Below, piece by piece: positions 11,877-24,787 of a stretch of 64,000 nt of DNA (within the stretch, counting starts at the first letter, position 1; each line of letters starts with the position of its first letter). The DNA comes from Gekko japonicus (lineage: Eukaryota), in assembly GCF_001447785.1 (NCBI RefSeq), contig NW_015171578.1:187715-251714 (forward strand), written 5' to 3'. A model generated the notes under the pieces. That model saw nothing but the letters and a program-made list of their open reading frames with translations, searched no databases and was not told the DNA's origin. A program made the position numbers and the translations under genes.

Positions 11877-12651
11877 GTAAGGAAAATCTCCCAATTTCCT
11901 TCTCAGGCTGTACTCAATGTTCCAACTTGGCATTCTGCAAGCATATCTGTAGTTTTAGCTGCCATTAGACTGCCTTGAAATCTGGTCATTGTTAAAGTGT
12001 GGAAACCCTGCACCCCTGGGTCCTGTCATGGGGGAGAGGAGGGGCTGGCTAGCTAGGCGAAAGAGCTGGGGCAGTTGGTGGAAGGCTTGTCTCTTTGTCG
12101 GTTTTTAAAGGGTTACAGCTGTCTTCTTTCAGAACAAATACCGAGGGCAGAGTGTATAATCCAGGGGTCCACAAATTAGGGATGGCTTTGATAGGCAACC
12201 CCAAATTTATGGTTGACAGGATGCTGCCTCCCACCCAAAGGGGAAAGGGTTATGTCTGGTCCCTGACTTACAGCTCTGGCAAAACTGTATTAAAACAACA
12301 GTTGTCCGGGAGGATGCTTTAATAAAGGGGTACTCATTCATCTCTGTGCCTCAATGGTAGCGCTTGCCTTTGGTGTGCTGGGAATGCCTTGGAAAGTGAA
12401 GTGCCGTTGCAGTGCTGATCCCCTTCTCCAGTTCCATACTGGATGATGGGGGTTCTTCATTCTTTCCAGAAATTGGGAGAGGGCATTTGCAGTGGCAAGC
12501 ATGCAGCCCTGTGCTGTAACTGAGTGATGAAAATGTCACTCTTTGACAGTTTCAGAAAATAAAATAATTGGCATTTGTTCAGCACTTGCAGGGTTAGTTT
12601 CTATTTTAAGGTAGCCTTTGCATGACTGACATTTTTGCCTTTCACCTCCAG

Positions 12652-12682
12652 AGTGGTGGTCACGCCATGGCGTGGAGCTCCT
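12652..12682 (+). other. Candidate 31-nt poison (NMD) cassette exon in SF3B3 intron 8
   Basis: Branch point GACTGAC, pyrimidine tract, CAG acceptor; GTAAGT donor; frame-shifting length. Confidence 0.45.
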
Positions 12683-13395
12683 GTAAGTGAAAGAAAAAGA
12701 ACAAAGCTTATATAGCTCCCTGTACTGGTTGCCCTGACTAGAAAGAGTTGGACCGAGCATTCAGTGCAGACAACTTTGTCTTTGCTTTGCTCATAGTGTT
12801 TTGTTCAAGCAAGCAGTCTTGGCGCTTGTCCAGAACTGAAATAGTAAAATGTTGTTGGAGCCAACCAATTTTTCCACTACTGAAAAGGGGAGGAAGGGTC
12901 TTCTTTGACCACCAAAGAGGCTGTGCTGGAGAGATCATGGGACCCACCTGGATTGAAGCCACGCGAGACAAACATCACTGAGACAGAGTGGGGGGAATTG
13001 AGTGAGACAAAGCGGAGGTAGGGGGTGGGGACTGGCTGGATCTCACCTATTGCTGCAGTTTCAGCCTTGGGTTTGCTCAAATAAATAGGAGCAGGATTGG
13101 TCCTTACCTAAATTAAGAGCTGTGTAATACTTTTTATTAAAACCAGAGTAACACAATACAGCATGCAGCCTTTTCAGTGAACCAGAACTTTTAGTCAGTC
13201 TAGGTGTTTTTCTTCAAGAGAGAGAGGGGTGTTTAATCAACATTGCATGCAGAATGCTTTGCTGACCTCAGTGGGCATAGGGTGTGGCTAGCATCAGGTT
13301 GCACTCTTGACATGCTGGGAATGAGAAGCAGAAAACAAATCTTCAGATTGACAAATTAACAACTAATACTGATCACATGTGTCTCATGTTGGCAG

Positions 13396-13561
13396 TTACC
13401 TGTACCAAATCGCTCACCTGGGAGATGATGATGAGGAGCCAGAGTTTTCCTCTGCCATGCCCCTGGAGGAAGGAGACACTTTCTTTTTCCAGCCACGGCC
13501 TCTGAAGAACCTGGTGCTGGTGGATGAGTTGGACAGCTTGTCTCCGATATTGTGTTGTCAG
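13396..13561 (+). CDS. SF3B3: SF3B3 exon 9
   Basis: YLYQIAHLGDDDEEPEF...LSPILCCQ; AG/GT. Confidence 0.97.
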
Positions 13562-14793
13562 GTATAGTGCATTTTACAGTTAATGTCTGTCCTCTATCCA
13601 TTTGGACCAGGCCGCTGCATTCAGATGTTGAGCAGTGCCTAACCGACTGTACCCTGGCATGACTTTGCAGGGCTTCAGGATTAATTTTGTAGATCATGTT
13701 TGTGTCTCCTTGTAAGGTGTTCAAGGCCATGTTTTGCATTTAATTACCCGTTACCAGTCTCACAGCAGCAGAAGTACAAAAAAGAAAAAAATGTTCTTTG
13801 AAGATTACCCATGACTCTGAGTGAGTGTGTGGGGTGTTGGGGACCATGAAGAGAAGGTTCTAGTCTGTTGCACTGCACCAGGCTTAACTTTTCTACAGGA
13901 TTTTCTGATGGCCTATGAAGGGAGGCAAGGTTTGGGTCCGTTTTGATCTTGATTCTGCAGGGGGCAGCATTATAATACTAGTAATGTAATTGATGTAGTT
14001 CTTCCACCCCTGCCAGTTGGTCTTGGGGTATTTTACCAAGAATGGGTGTTGGAAGGGAGAGAATTCTGTCACAGCAACAGAAAGGCACCGGGACAAAAGG
14101 TTCAAGAACAAATCTAGAAGGCAGAAGTTGGCAGCCCTGAAGTGGGTAGCTGTGTTTTAAATTCAGTCTTTTACACAATATTTGGCAGCTACGAAAATGT
14201 GTGAGATGAGTGTGGAGTGCTCACATTCTAAGCTGCTGCATTTCTGAATAAGTTTCATATGGATGTGGTAGCTTGCTAACCAACACCTGGTTAACATTTT
14301 ACAATAATCCCCTCCACCTCCTAAGAATGTTGTGGGCTAACTAGACTTGGTGGTTGATAGCTGTTTACCATGGTATTGTGCACTACTTCCTGGGAAGCTG
14401 TGTGTCCAGCCAGTTGCAGTATGACTTTTTCCACCAATCTGTATGTGGGTATCAAAAATACCAGTGAAACAGAAGTGGTAAAATATCTCATTACTTAGCT
14501 GAAGGATAAACTACCCTTATGCACTCGCTGTGAGCTTAATTCATAGTAACTGTTCATTAGCCGTCTACTGATGTGGCTGACTTTAACAAAGCCTTGGGCT
14601 CCTACTGAAGGTATTAACGCCCTTAGTGTTTGCTGTGTATAATACTAGTATAATAATACATGTCATTCATAGCAGTTAAGAGTAAAACACTGTGACTTAA
14701 CAGTAGGATGATCTAGAAGGAATAACTGATTGTAATGGGGCTCGGTTGCCCCCTCGGTTGCTTATTTTTGGATCTGTTTGGTTTTGTTGACAG

Positions 14794-14889
14794 ATAGCTG
14801 ATCTGGCCAATGAAGATACACCCCAATTATATGTGGCCTGTGGAAGGGGACCTCGATCGTCTCTGAGGGTCCTAAGACATGGACTTGAG
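14794..14889 (+). CDS. SF3B3: SF3B3 exon 10
   Basis: IADLANEDTPQLYVACGRGPRSSLRVLRHGLE. Confidence 0.97.
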
Positions 14890-15557
14890 GTAAGCAGGTG
14901 GCTGCTGATGACCACAGTATATGTCAATCTTGCACTAAGACACACACCTTTAGAGGCAACGACAGCAGGTGGTGAGAGCACGTTATTGTGCAAGGTTTCC
15001 TTTGGGTTGCATCTTTGTTCTGTCAGTCTTGTTGAGCAAATGACATTGCTTCATATTGTAACCTCTGCCAAAAATGGCAGGAGAAGGCTGGGTACAATAT
15101 TTTCAGCCTTTATGATTTTCCTCTTCTATGAGTCATGGTCATCTCTGTGTTGTCTGAGAAAGGAATTTGCTGGCTTTCTTTTGAAGCTGGTCATCGTAAG
15201 TTGGGTAATGTATGATTGGGAGGAGTGTATATCTTTATTGTGACTTAGACAACCACCCAAGTTATTCCATCAGAAGTCATGCAAGACCTGGAGCTTAGCT
15301 GACTGGCACATGCTTTGTTAACAGACGGTTCAGTCGCTGGCGTCCCTCATTCAGACGACCGGGCAAGAGCAGCTGGAATAAATACCTAGTTTGGTAGGCC
15401 AGTGGTTGGATGGTGCAAAACAATCTCAAGTTCATAGTGGTGCTCAGGAATGGGGAGTGCAGCTTCAGTTCTCTCCTTTGCAGTGCCAGCCTTCATTTGC
15501 TGGAGAAAATGTCTGATCTGAGTTTCAGATACAAAAGGAAATGTTCTGTCTTCCTAG

Positions 15558-15630
15558 GTATCTGAGATGGCTGTCTCAGAGTTGCCTGGTAACCCCAACG
15601 CAGTCTGGACAGTAAGGAGACATGTTGAAG
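15558..15630 (+). CDS. SF3B3: SF3B3 exon 11
   Basis: VSEMAVSELPGNPNAVWTVRRHVE. Confidence 0.97.
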
Positions 15631-16960
15631 GTAAGAGCTCATGTTGTGTATGATGCCAGGAAAATGTTGTTCCAAGTTAATATACTCAAAATTCAGAGTT
15701 GGGGTCCAGAATTTTGCTGGTGACTTCAAAGCACCTTATATCATTCAAACTGTTTGCCACCCAGTGTCGAGAGAATGTCTTCTGTTCCTCCAAGTCAGTT
15801 TTCAGGGCTACTGCTGGCATTAAGTTTACAGATGCAAGCTTAAGTCCTATCTTTGGAAGAAACTGGAAATGTTATGTGGAAATTACAAGCAGGCCAGGTA
15901 GCATGGAGAGAAATCTGCAGTGTTTGATATTTGAGAAGCTGTATGCAGCTCCTCTGTCTGGTATTTCTCACAATGCTTCAGCATCTGCTTCTGGCTGTAT
16001 GTGGACTACAAGGAAGCATATGTTGTGTGAAAGAAACCATGTTGCTTGTACTGTAGGATTCTGGGGAACTGCTGGTGATGTGGTGTATTCTGTTCAGGGC
16101 ACATTTGGCAACGTTAGGCTTGAAAGTCATAGGCATGATCATCCTTCGCTACTTACATTGCATTATCACTGGTACCCACGTTGGATCAATTCNNNNNNNN
16201 NNNNNNNNNNNNNNNNNNNNNNNNNNNNNNNNNNNNNNNTTCTGGTTCCAACACTGATTCTTGAAATCAGTGCCAAGGTTGATGAAGCTGTGAGCTGAGT
16301 TCCAGAGATTCCATGTTAGGGAAGACTGCAGTAATACATGGTTTGGCCTGACAGTGGAAGAAAAGGTATTTAATGCATATACTTTTGCTGGTAGCACAGT
16401 TGTTTGTCTGTATGCCTTCATGGACAGCACAGAGAGATATTGTAGTCTTTCAGGACCTGCTTATTTCCAGACAGGATGTTTATGTTGAGGAGCCATGACT
16501 CAGTAGTAGAGCACCTGCTTTGTATGTAGAAGGTGGCCTGTGGTGGCTATTTAAAATCATCTCAGGTAGCAGGTGTTCAGAGAGTCTTCTTGAGATTCTG
16601 AGGAGTTGCTATCAGTAGACGGTACTGAGTTAGGTAGACCCTTGGTATAAAGCTGCTTTGTTTGGCCCATGTTTATTTTTTAGTTGCAAAAAATGTTTCT
16701 GTTTTGGTTAAGGAAAGAGCTAAATGCAGCATATCCTTCCCACTGGTTCTCATTCAGAATTCTTTGTTATCTCCCTCCTTCCTTTTCGTATAGCAGGTAT
16801 TCATGGTTATAAAAGGGGGGGTGCTTAAATTCTGAATTTAAAATAAATATTTTATGTAAATAAATACAAATAAAATAAGCCTCCCTAGTTGCGGATGTTG
16901 AAGGCTCTTTCATGGTGTGTGTTAACTTGTTCATATGTCGTTTAGTACATCATGTTTGAG

Positions 16961-19900
16961 TCAGAGGTAGGTGGCCTTCAAGCAGGACGTTCGAGTTGCT
17001 GTAAAAACTTTCCTCAGCTGCAGAAAACCAGAATCTTCCTTTGCCAGTCTCCATGTGTAGATTCAGGATATTTTCAGCATTTCAGGTGTTGGTTTGATAC
17101 GGAAGGATTGTTTGATACGTACTTCCTTGTTGATGGTCTGATAAATGCTGGAGATAATACCGATGTTAGGGTTTCCTCTTCTGCATTTGTTGACTTTGCA
17201 TGAAGCAGAACCTGTTCCGTACAAACCTCTTTCCCATGTGACAATAAAGTACTAAATGTATTGCACGTAGACTTTTATCTCATAAATAACTGTCCTGGCA
17301 GGGTCAGTTCTCATATTACTGTATGATGGAGAAGAGATACTCCATGAGGAAATTTTTCTTTCGCCATTAATGTTGGAATGCGTCTCATGACCATGCTTAA
17401 TCACCGGTACTTTACTTTGGCGTGGCATATACCAACATTCACCATGTTGTAATGCATTAAAAGCAGCGTAAAAAGTAGCATGAAATTACACTGTCAGATT
17501 TGTGCATTGCTAGTAATCATGTCTGTATGCCAGTTCTGAAATTCTGAATTTCCTTCTTCTCCCATGTATATACAGTAAAGCATTTCCAAGACAAATGCTA
17601 ACCTTGGCTGGTATGTGGTCCGTCATACTACCAATACCAAGCCTTCTTTTTTCTTCCACAGGTGGCTGGTGGTGGAGGTGCTGATCCCCTCCCACAGGTG
17701 TGTACCAACAGCTAGGGGCCTTTGCACAGTGCCACAGGTTAACCAGGGAAGAGAGAGGCAAAAGGCTCTTCTGTGATCTTAGAAACAAATCCTTCCAGCC
17801 TTTCTGCACATCCGCAGGCATGAATACTTGTACCTTGTACTGCTCTTCAGGCCTCAGCCTTTCCCCTGAGGTTTTACGATAAGAATGGCTTTTGCCCTAC
17901 CGCTTATCCACCCAGAGATGCTTAAGCAAGATCTATATTTGAGATTCACACACCCAGGACTTTTTTGTTTAGATATGCATCTGCCTTTTTTTTTTACTAG
18001 CTTGAAACAAACTTCATCTCTGCGATCATGTCAGCCACTGAATGTAAGCAGTCACCTCAGTTATTTAATGTAAAAGCCTATTCATGATGGTTCTTCCATT
18101 AGGAGTCTGAGTCGTGCATGGGATAAACGATTATATTTTAGCGAGATGTGCAGGTCTGTTCACCTGTTCATGTATGGGAATGAGAGTGGTCCACTTAGAT
18201 TAAAGCCTGCAAGGAGGTTTGGAGGACATTGGCAACAGCTGCCCAGTGTTGGCTGTATTTTCCTCTGTGGTTGCTCCTGGAAACAGGTGATCTTGTCGGG
18301 GCAGCCTAAAATGGAGTTGTCCCTTTTGGGTCATATTTGCAAGTGGGAGCTAATTAGAGAGATGTTGCATTGATCAACATTATTGTCATTCCTGCAGTGC
18401 TCTGTCAAGAGATTGGTGATGAACACCAACAGAGAGAGAGAGTGGATAAAGATATCAGAAACTGCTTGTTAATCCTAGGAAAGTGTGTTCTCTTTATCTC
18501 TTGTATTCCTTTTTTTAAACGAAGGAGTGATAAATGTTATTTAGGAGCTTGAAAAACGAACACTTTTTAGTCTGCTTTTCCACTTCATAGCTCTATCAAG
18601 ACACCTTGAAGAAAAAACATTCCAGGAACATAGCCAGAAGAGTGTCAAGAATATTTGCATAAAGATTTTGTATTGTACTCACATCATTATCTACTGGCTT
18701 TGCCTATGTTTATGGCATGTTCATAGAAATAGACAGTCTTTATTTGGCACTTCTGGCCTAGTAGTTCCCAAGCTGGCTGGGATAATGCAGTCCCCATGGC
18801 CACTGGTACCGCATCAAGACCTGGTAAAGCATTGTGGGAACCTGTGAGACCCAATGCAGAGTTGGGGGTCATGTGCTGTAGTTGAAGAGCCACTGCTGTA
18901 TAGCCTAGAAGGGGTAGAATAGTAACCTGTTAAATAAACATTGAAGAAAGGGGAGCTATGAAGTTACGACTTTTAAAAAAGTCACAATTTCTACTGGAGA
19001 CACTCTGCTTTATTACAAGGGCCAACCGTGGGGTAGGCTTCCATTCCCTGTGCATTTGAAAATATAATCTTCAGCAGCAACAGTTTAAGTAATTCTTGGA
19101 AACCTAATTCAAGACGGATACATCCCTTTTAGGTCCACTTGCTGCTGCATTGGTTTCTAAGTGAGGCTCTCTGTGTGCAAAAGCCTCTCTGCTCTTGTTG
19201 CAGTGATCAGAACAGGCAATTCCTACCAAGCGCCTGCGGTTGGAGAGTCCTTTCCTGCTAACGCTCTCCTTGTCTTTGAGTGGACAGAGGAGGAGGAAGT
19301 AGATGATGTCCAGCTTACTTTTTTGCTGCTTGTCTGGCTGCAGCAGCACTCAGCACAGTTGCACAGACTGCTGAACAGGAATGTCGTCCTGAAAGCACTG
19401 TGATCCATCCCATACGTTCTGATGGCAAGGGTCTGCAGAGTTTGGTGGCTAGCTGCCTGTGGATTGCTTGCCAGTTGTTCAGAGTTTGGAGAATGGAGTC
19501 TGGAGAGCAGGGTGGTCCTTTTTAAAGTATGAACATCAGCATTCTGCTTCAGTATGCTTTGACTTCTCATTTTTTGGTAGGGTAATCCATTTGTGTCTTC
19601 ATTTCTGTCTGAGAGCCAGCATGGTGTAGTGGTTCTAATCTGGAGAATGGGGTTTTATTCCCCACTCCTCCACGTGAAGCCTGCTGGGTAACTTTGGGCC
19701 AGTCACAGTTCTCTCAGAACTCTTTCAGTCCCACCTACCTCACAAAGTGTCTGTGATGGGGAGAGGAAGGGAAGGCGATTGTAAGCTACTTTGAGACTCC
19801 TTAGGGAAGAGAAAAGGGGGGTATAGAAATCAGTTTTTCTTCGTAGCCTGGGAGCTGTAGGTTGTTGTCTCTAGTAGTGGAGATCTCTAAGGTTCACGCA

Positions 19901-22190
19901 TACATAGCCTAACGCACCCTCCGCAGCAGCCAAAACTGCTACTGCAGATGCCTCCAGAATGACACAGGAAAAAAGAAACTATCTGATCTGGGGATGAGTG
20001 TGCTGGCACCCTTAAATATTTGCATGCTGGTGTTGATTGGGATTTATGTTCGGTTTGTTTGCTGACATCAGTCACTTCCTATCTGCCATGTTTCCCTTCT
20101 CAGTTCTGTTGCTGTCTATGGAATGATGGCCATCTTGGGCCCCACTGTTTCACTAAAAATATAACAAAGCCTTCAGCCAATAATACAGATGCTCATCAGA
20201 ATACTAAAGCATTAAATGCAGCTTTCAGCCAAGAATGCAGTGATGACAGATAGCTAGCTGAAATCAGTTTTGAGGCTGATGTTCTTCATAAAAACTCCCA
20301 GGTTGCTTGTAGTCTCTTGCATACTTATTCAGAGACCTTGGGTCATCCCAGCAAGAATTTTCAGAGGCAAGAGTTTTACAGTTCTATGTGTGCCCAGTTA
20401 CATCAATAATAAGTTAGAATTTGAATTATTACGAAGATGAGGCAGCTATTTTCAGCTACTCACGCTCACTACATGAGGGAGCAAAAAAAAAAATTGAAGT
20501 TCATGAAATTCATGCTTGAACACCCCATCCAAAATAAACCCTTGATGCAGGGATTTGGTTAACACTGTCCCTTGACTGAATGTTAAGGTACTGTTAGTGT
20601 GTTAGCTAAGGATCTGTGAAAAAAACCTAGAGCCAGACCTGTTCCTGGCTAGTGTCGGGAGAGTAAAGGACCTAGTATCATAGGGAGGGGTGATGATTTG
20701 TGATCCTGCAACCCCTGGGTGTTTTTGCTAAATGCAGAGGGGTTTGTCTTGGTGTAGCATGGTGGTAAGGATACATATCTGCCCCATAAGAGTCTGTCTT
20801 GCTAATCTGAACATCTGGGACCGTATTTTAGAATTTTAATGAAAATCTTGGTGCGGGCAGTGGTGGCAGCAAAAAAGCTGTACGATTTAGTCAAATCCTG
20901 AAAGGGAACCCCTGATGCAGCAGCCAGTGTTGATATCCTCAGGGTCATGCTTCTTGCCAACAGAGACCTTAATGTATGCTTGGAAGGTGCCATGTGCAGC
21001 CTTTGTTTCTTATCTAGCACTAGGAATAAGGCCCGTTGTGGAAATAAATACAATGAGCTCTAGAAGGAGGCTCTGGGCGGGTGCCCTGGCCTTGGACACT
21101 CAGCATCAATTTGCTGTGGCGACCTCAACAGGGTATAATGATACAGAGTCCACCATTTTCACCAGGGGAACTGACTTCTGCCATCTGAAGAGCACTTGTA
21201 ATTCTGAGTGATTTCCAGCCCTCACCTAGAGATTGGCAACAATGGTTCCTCAGGAGGAAATCATCCACTCAGCTTCCACAGCAAGAACCTAGGTCTCCCC
21301 CTGGAGAAAATAACTGCTTTGGAGGGTGGACTCTGTGGCATTCTATTAATCTGAGGCCTCTCCTCTCCCCAAACTCTGGCTTCTGTAGACTCCCACCACA
21401 AAATCTCCAGAAATTTTCCAACCTGGAGTTGGCAACCCTAGTCAGGACTGGCCCCAATGAGTTCCTCACAAAGGCCAAAGTAGGCCCGGAAAGGGCCTCC
21501 TGCCCCTGCTTTTTTACTGACAGAACCAAGCTTCATTGCCTAGCAACAGCCACTGAGGGGAAGGTGAGCCACACAGCAGTTTTGGCAGTTTATTCATACA
21601 GGGAATGGCCAAGCTGGCAGTGGGCAGAGGAGAGGAGCGGACAGAGTACCCAGCCAATGGCATGCACACAGCACAGCCAATGGAAGAGCCGGAAAGTGCC
21701 AATATACTGGGCTTTTGTATACATAGGATACTTCTTCAAGTAGAGAATGAAGGCCCAAAAAGCTCAGAGTTAGCAATGGTTTGCCAGTCTACTGTTGGAT
21801 AGTCCAGTTTCTTGGAGTTGCTGTTTCTCTTGTGTGTTGGGGATAGGATGGTCCACAGGCTCTTGATGATGGCAGAATGTCTCTGCATTTCGTGTGGGGC
21901 TGATATTTGATCTGCCTGGATTGTGGCTGTTTTGTAAGAGGATGTATCTCCAGCAGAGCAGAATGCAAGTGTTCTGCCTGATACTTCTCTGGGGTCAGAC
22001 CTTCTCCTAGACTTACCCAGGCTGCAGCAGGTGGCCATGACCCCAGCCCCATCCTTCGGGCTGCCAGCAGCTTCTGTGACCATCCTGATGGCAAGAGGGC
22101 TGACATGGCCAAGCAATGCGTAGTTCCTGTACAGCATTGAGTGGCCCCTTTAAGGAGCTGCGAGCTGCATCTGGACCAGATTGGCTAAGC
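16961..22190 (-). pseudogene. Degenerate prominin-family (CD133/PROM-like) gene nested antisense in SF3B3 intron 11
   Basis: Colinear minus-strand motifs resembling PROM1: MPLAGY (~21646-21663), RI-x10-FQDL (~20890-20942), DDPRSL..TDFS*L (~20245-20350), IGSD (20071-20082), GALGY..TTR (19870-19918), FLFSSL, LLCPLKDKE, SDHCNKSREAF (19180-19390), INKQ..LLVFITNL (~18405-18474), ITEE..PVA (~17730-17777), KVNKCRR (~17177-17197). Several AG/GT boundaries; many stops and frameshifts. Confidence 0.65.
19609..19842 (+). mobile_element. Squam3-like SINE inserted in the prominin-like pseudogene
   Basis: Similar to 5113-5372 copy. Confidence 0.8.
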
Positions 22191-22468
22191 TATCAGGCAA
22201 ATGGGGAGCAGGTGCAGGGAGGTTCGGGAAGGCTATTGGGCATGCTCAGGAGTAAGCCTGTGCCATATAAAGTGCTGAACAGCAGGCCAGGGAGGAGGCT
22301 CCAGGTCTCCTCCAGGCTGCAAAGGAGAGACTTGGGAAGAAAGCAGCAGCTTAATCCCCCTCCCTCTCTGCATCTGAGGCCTTTGCTGACGCTGGGGTCT
22401 TTGCTGGAACCACTGGGAGGACCACTGGGAGTCATAGGCCCCCTGGATCCCCACAATACTCCAGAGCA

Positions 22469-22849
22469 TGTCGGCGTAGTGGAAGCGCGTCTAATAATGC
22501 AATCCACAATAGGCTAGTGCTGAACTATATACAGTGGTTTTATTTACAATAGTATACATACAGTCCCAGTTAGCACTTGTAGACTCCCAATTCTTCAGGC
22601 AGACTAACAAAGTGCTTCGCAAGGAATCCAATTCAGAAGAGTGATGAATTACATAGAGTGCACAGAATATATACCATGAAGCACCAATCACATTGAAGTG
22701 CTGACTCACTGTGACTCTAGTGAGAATGATGCAACTTTGATCTAGTGACCTGTCACATGACACTACTGTCACCTTCAGATCAAGATGATCTAATTGACTC
22801 ACATCACCTGGCTGTCGTCTTGCCTGCAATACATAACAGTATGCTGACA
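22469..22849 (-). mobile_element. Solo LTR (381 bp)
   Basis: Termini TGTCGGC...GCTGACA; perfect 5-bp TSD GAGCA; AATAAA on minus strand. Confidence 0.85.
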
Positions 22850-22852
22850 GAG

Positions 22853-23047
22853 CACTGGCTCCCAAAGTGGGCAATATCGCCCTCCTGAGGGGCGCTGGAA
22901 CAATCCAAGTCAGTGGTAGGAGCCTTGGGTGCAAATTTGTCACTGCATCTTTTTGTCCACTTTTTTGAAGGTAGATTTCCAGGGGGGCGCTGAGTAATTT
23001 TTTTTCTGAAAAGGGGGCGGTAGGCCAGATAAGTTTGGGAACCTCGG
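22853..23047. mobile_element. hAT MITE with the solo LTR inserted at its left terminus
   Basis: TIR CACTGGCTCCCAAA / TTTGGGAACCTCGG; degenerate 8-bp TSD CTCCAGAG/CTGTAGAG once the LTR is removed. Confidence 0.7.
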
Positions 23048-24261
23048 CTGTAGAGTGAATGGGTTTCAGATATCTGATGTTTAGGGCTGGTGATGGTGCT
23101 GAGGGATAGATGTGGTAATTTTGTGTAAGGAGGTACCTCTTTCTATCTGCCATGCATCATCTGGCTCAACTTTGGAGTTGTCAGTCGAATCAGTTTCTAG
23201 ACTTTATAGATATATGGAGGGAAAGGGGCGCTTGTAGTCCTTAATCCATCATCTTCCTTCACTCCTCATGTTAATAATTTCCCCTGATAAATCTGTCTTT
23301 CCTTATGGATCCATTCATTATGAAAAAGGGGGGGGAAACCTTCAGCATCCCAAATGCATGTGTTCAATTATGGTGTCTTGAATTAACACTGGTTTTCAGT
23401 ATTTTAATGAATGTACATAATTAATTTTCATCTGCAGTTGGGTTTTTGCTGCACAGCAAGTGAGAGAAAAATGACTTCTGCTTTTGAGATAGGCAGAACC
23501 TTCTGTTTTGTTACTTTGGGGCTTCCCTTTCCTTACATCTGCAGCATCCATTGAACTAGGAAGGGAAACTAATACAAAGTTATGGGTGGGGAGAGAAACT
23601 GTTTCACTGTAGTTGTATCCTAGTCTGGATGTTTTGGAATTCAGATCAAATGGGACCATTGCATAAATGGAGACAAGGCCCTGTGTCTCATACACTATGT
23701 CTTCCTTCCGAGTGTCTTGATTTATCATCTCGTGCCACTCGCTGTTACTCAACAGCATGTTACCTGCAGAATATCTGGCATGAGCATCAATTCAGATACG
23801 GTCCTTTCTCACCAAAAGCATGGCCTATGAGTAACATCACTAGATACTAGTCAGGTTTTTATTGCTTGGGCAGTTGATGGGTTGGACAGAGCCATGCAGG
23901 CAGCCTAAGGGATCTGGGGCAGGGGCAGGAGGGTCTGTGAGTGTGGCTTGGAGCTGGAGCCTGACCTGTTCCCCCAGCACAGGGATTAGTATGAGCTATC
24001 CTAGTTTTGGTGTTGGACCTCTCATGCAGTTGCCAAATAGTGGCTTCAACCTGCTTGATTTTTTTTTTACGTAAGAGGCTGCTATTGATACATTCTGCAA
24101 TCCACCTTGAACCTCTGTTACAAACTTCTGTATAGGGGTGTTCATGGGAGAACCCGTGTGTTGCAACATTTGAAGAGTGGCCATGTTTGCTTAACATACC
24201 CTTTTTCTTGAGCCCTTAATATTGATGACTGTCCTCTTTTCCCCCCCTTTTCTCCAATTAG

Positions 24262-24413
24262 ATGAGTTTGATGCCTATATCATCGTGTCCTTCGTCAATG
24301 CTACCCTGGTACTGTCTATCGGAGAAACCGTAGAGGAAGTGACAGACTCTGGGTTCCTGGGCACCACACCCACCTTGTCCTGTTCATTGTTGGGGGATGA
24401 TGCTTTGGTGCAA
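24262..24413 (+). CDS. SF3B3: SF3B3 exon 12
   Basis: [16 protein letters not shown]...GDDALVQ. Confidence 0.97.
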
Positions 24414-24787
24414 GTAAGGATGTATCCCTTTGTGCATTCTCCACCTCCCCCTTTCACTGCCTGCCTTCCAGGACCTTTGTGATACTTTCATCAAATGAAA
24501 ATGTGTTAACTTCTGAAGTGTCATACAGTTTGGCTGTGGTGGTGGTGTCATTTTTACCCTGACTACGTAATTTCTTTCACTTCTTCTCCCTGGCCTCATT
24601 ACGTCTTTAAAAACACCACACACACACACAACACTGTAGGAATAGTGATCTGCAATCAGGACAGAGGGGAAAGTTGTAGGTCGCAGATGCAGCCTGGTTT
24701 TATTTGCACTATTTGCATTGTTGATATAGTAACTAGAAGGTGGCCAAGGGATTGACTGCTAATGGGCCCGTTTTTCCCCCCGTTCAG

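Noticed and set aside
17642-17700. Strong plus-strand acceptor (TTTTTTCTTCCACAG) as a cryptic SF3B3 exon
   Set aside because: Explained as the antisense of purine-rich codons in the pseudogene; downstream donors are weak.
20241-20280. GTGATGA...CTGA resembling a C/D snoRNA
   Set aside because: Too short, no terminal stem or recognisable guide; overlaps pseudogene sequence.
20802-21053. Possible tyrosine-recombinase remnant (LAAASGVP)
   Set aside because: No other DIRS/Ngaro features nearby; better explained as part of the colinear prominin-like series.
22193-22507. LRR/LRRCT-looking stretch (SLLPGLLFSTL..PPCTC)
   Set aside because: Single weak motif upstream of the CCAAT/TATA-like elements of the prominin-like relic; more likely promoter DNA.
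22491-23153. 220-aa minus-strand ORF
   Set aside because: Chance read-through across a hAT MITE and a solo LTR, both defined by TSDs.
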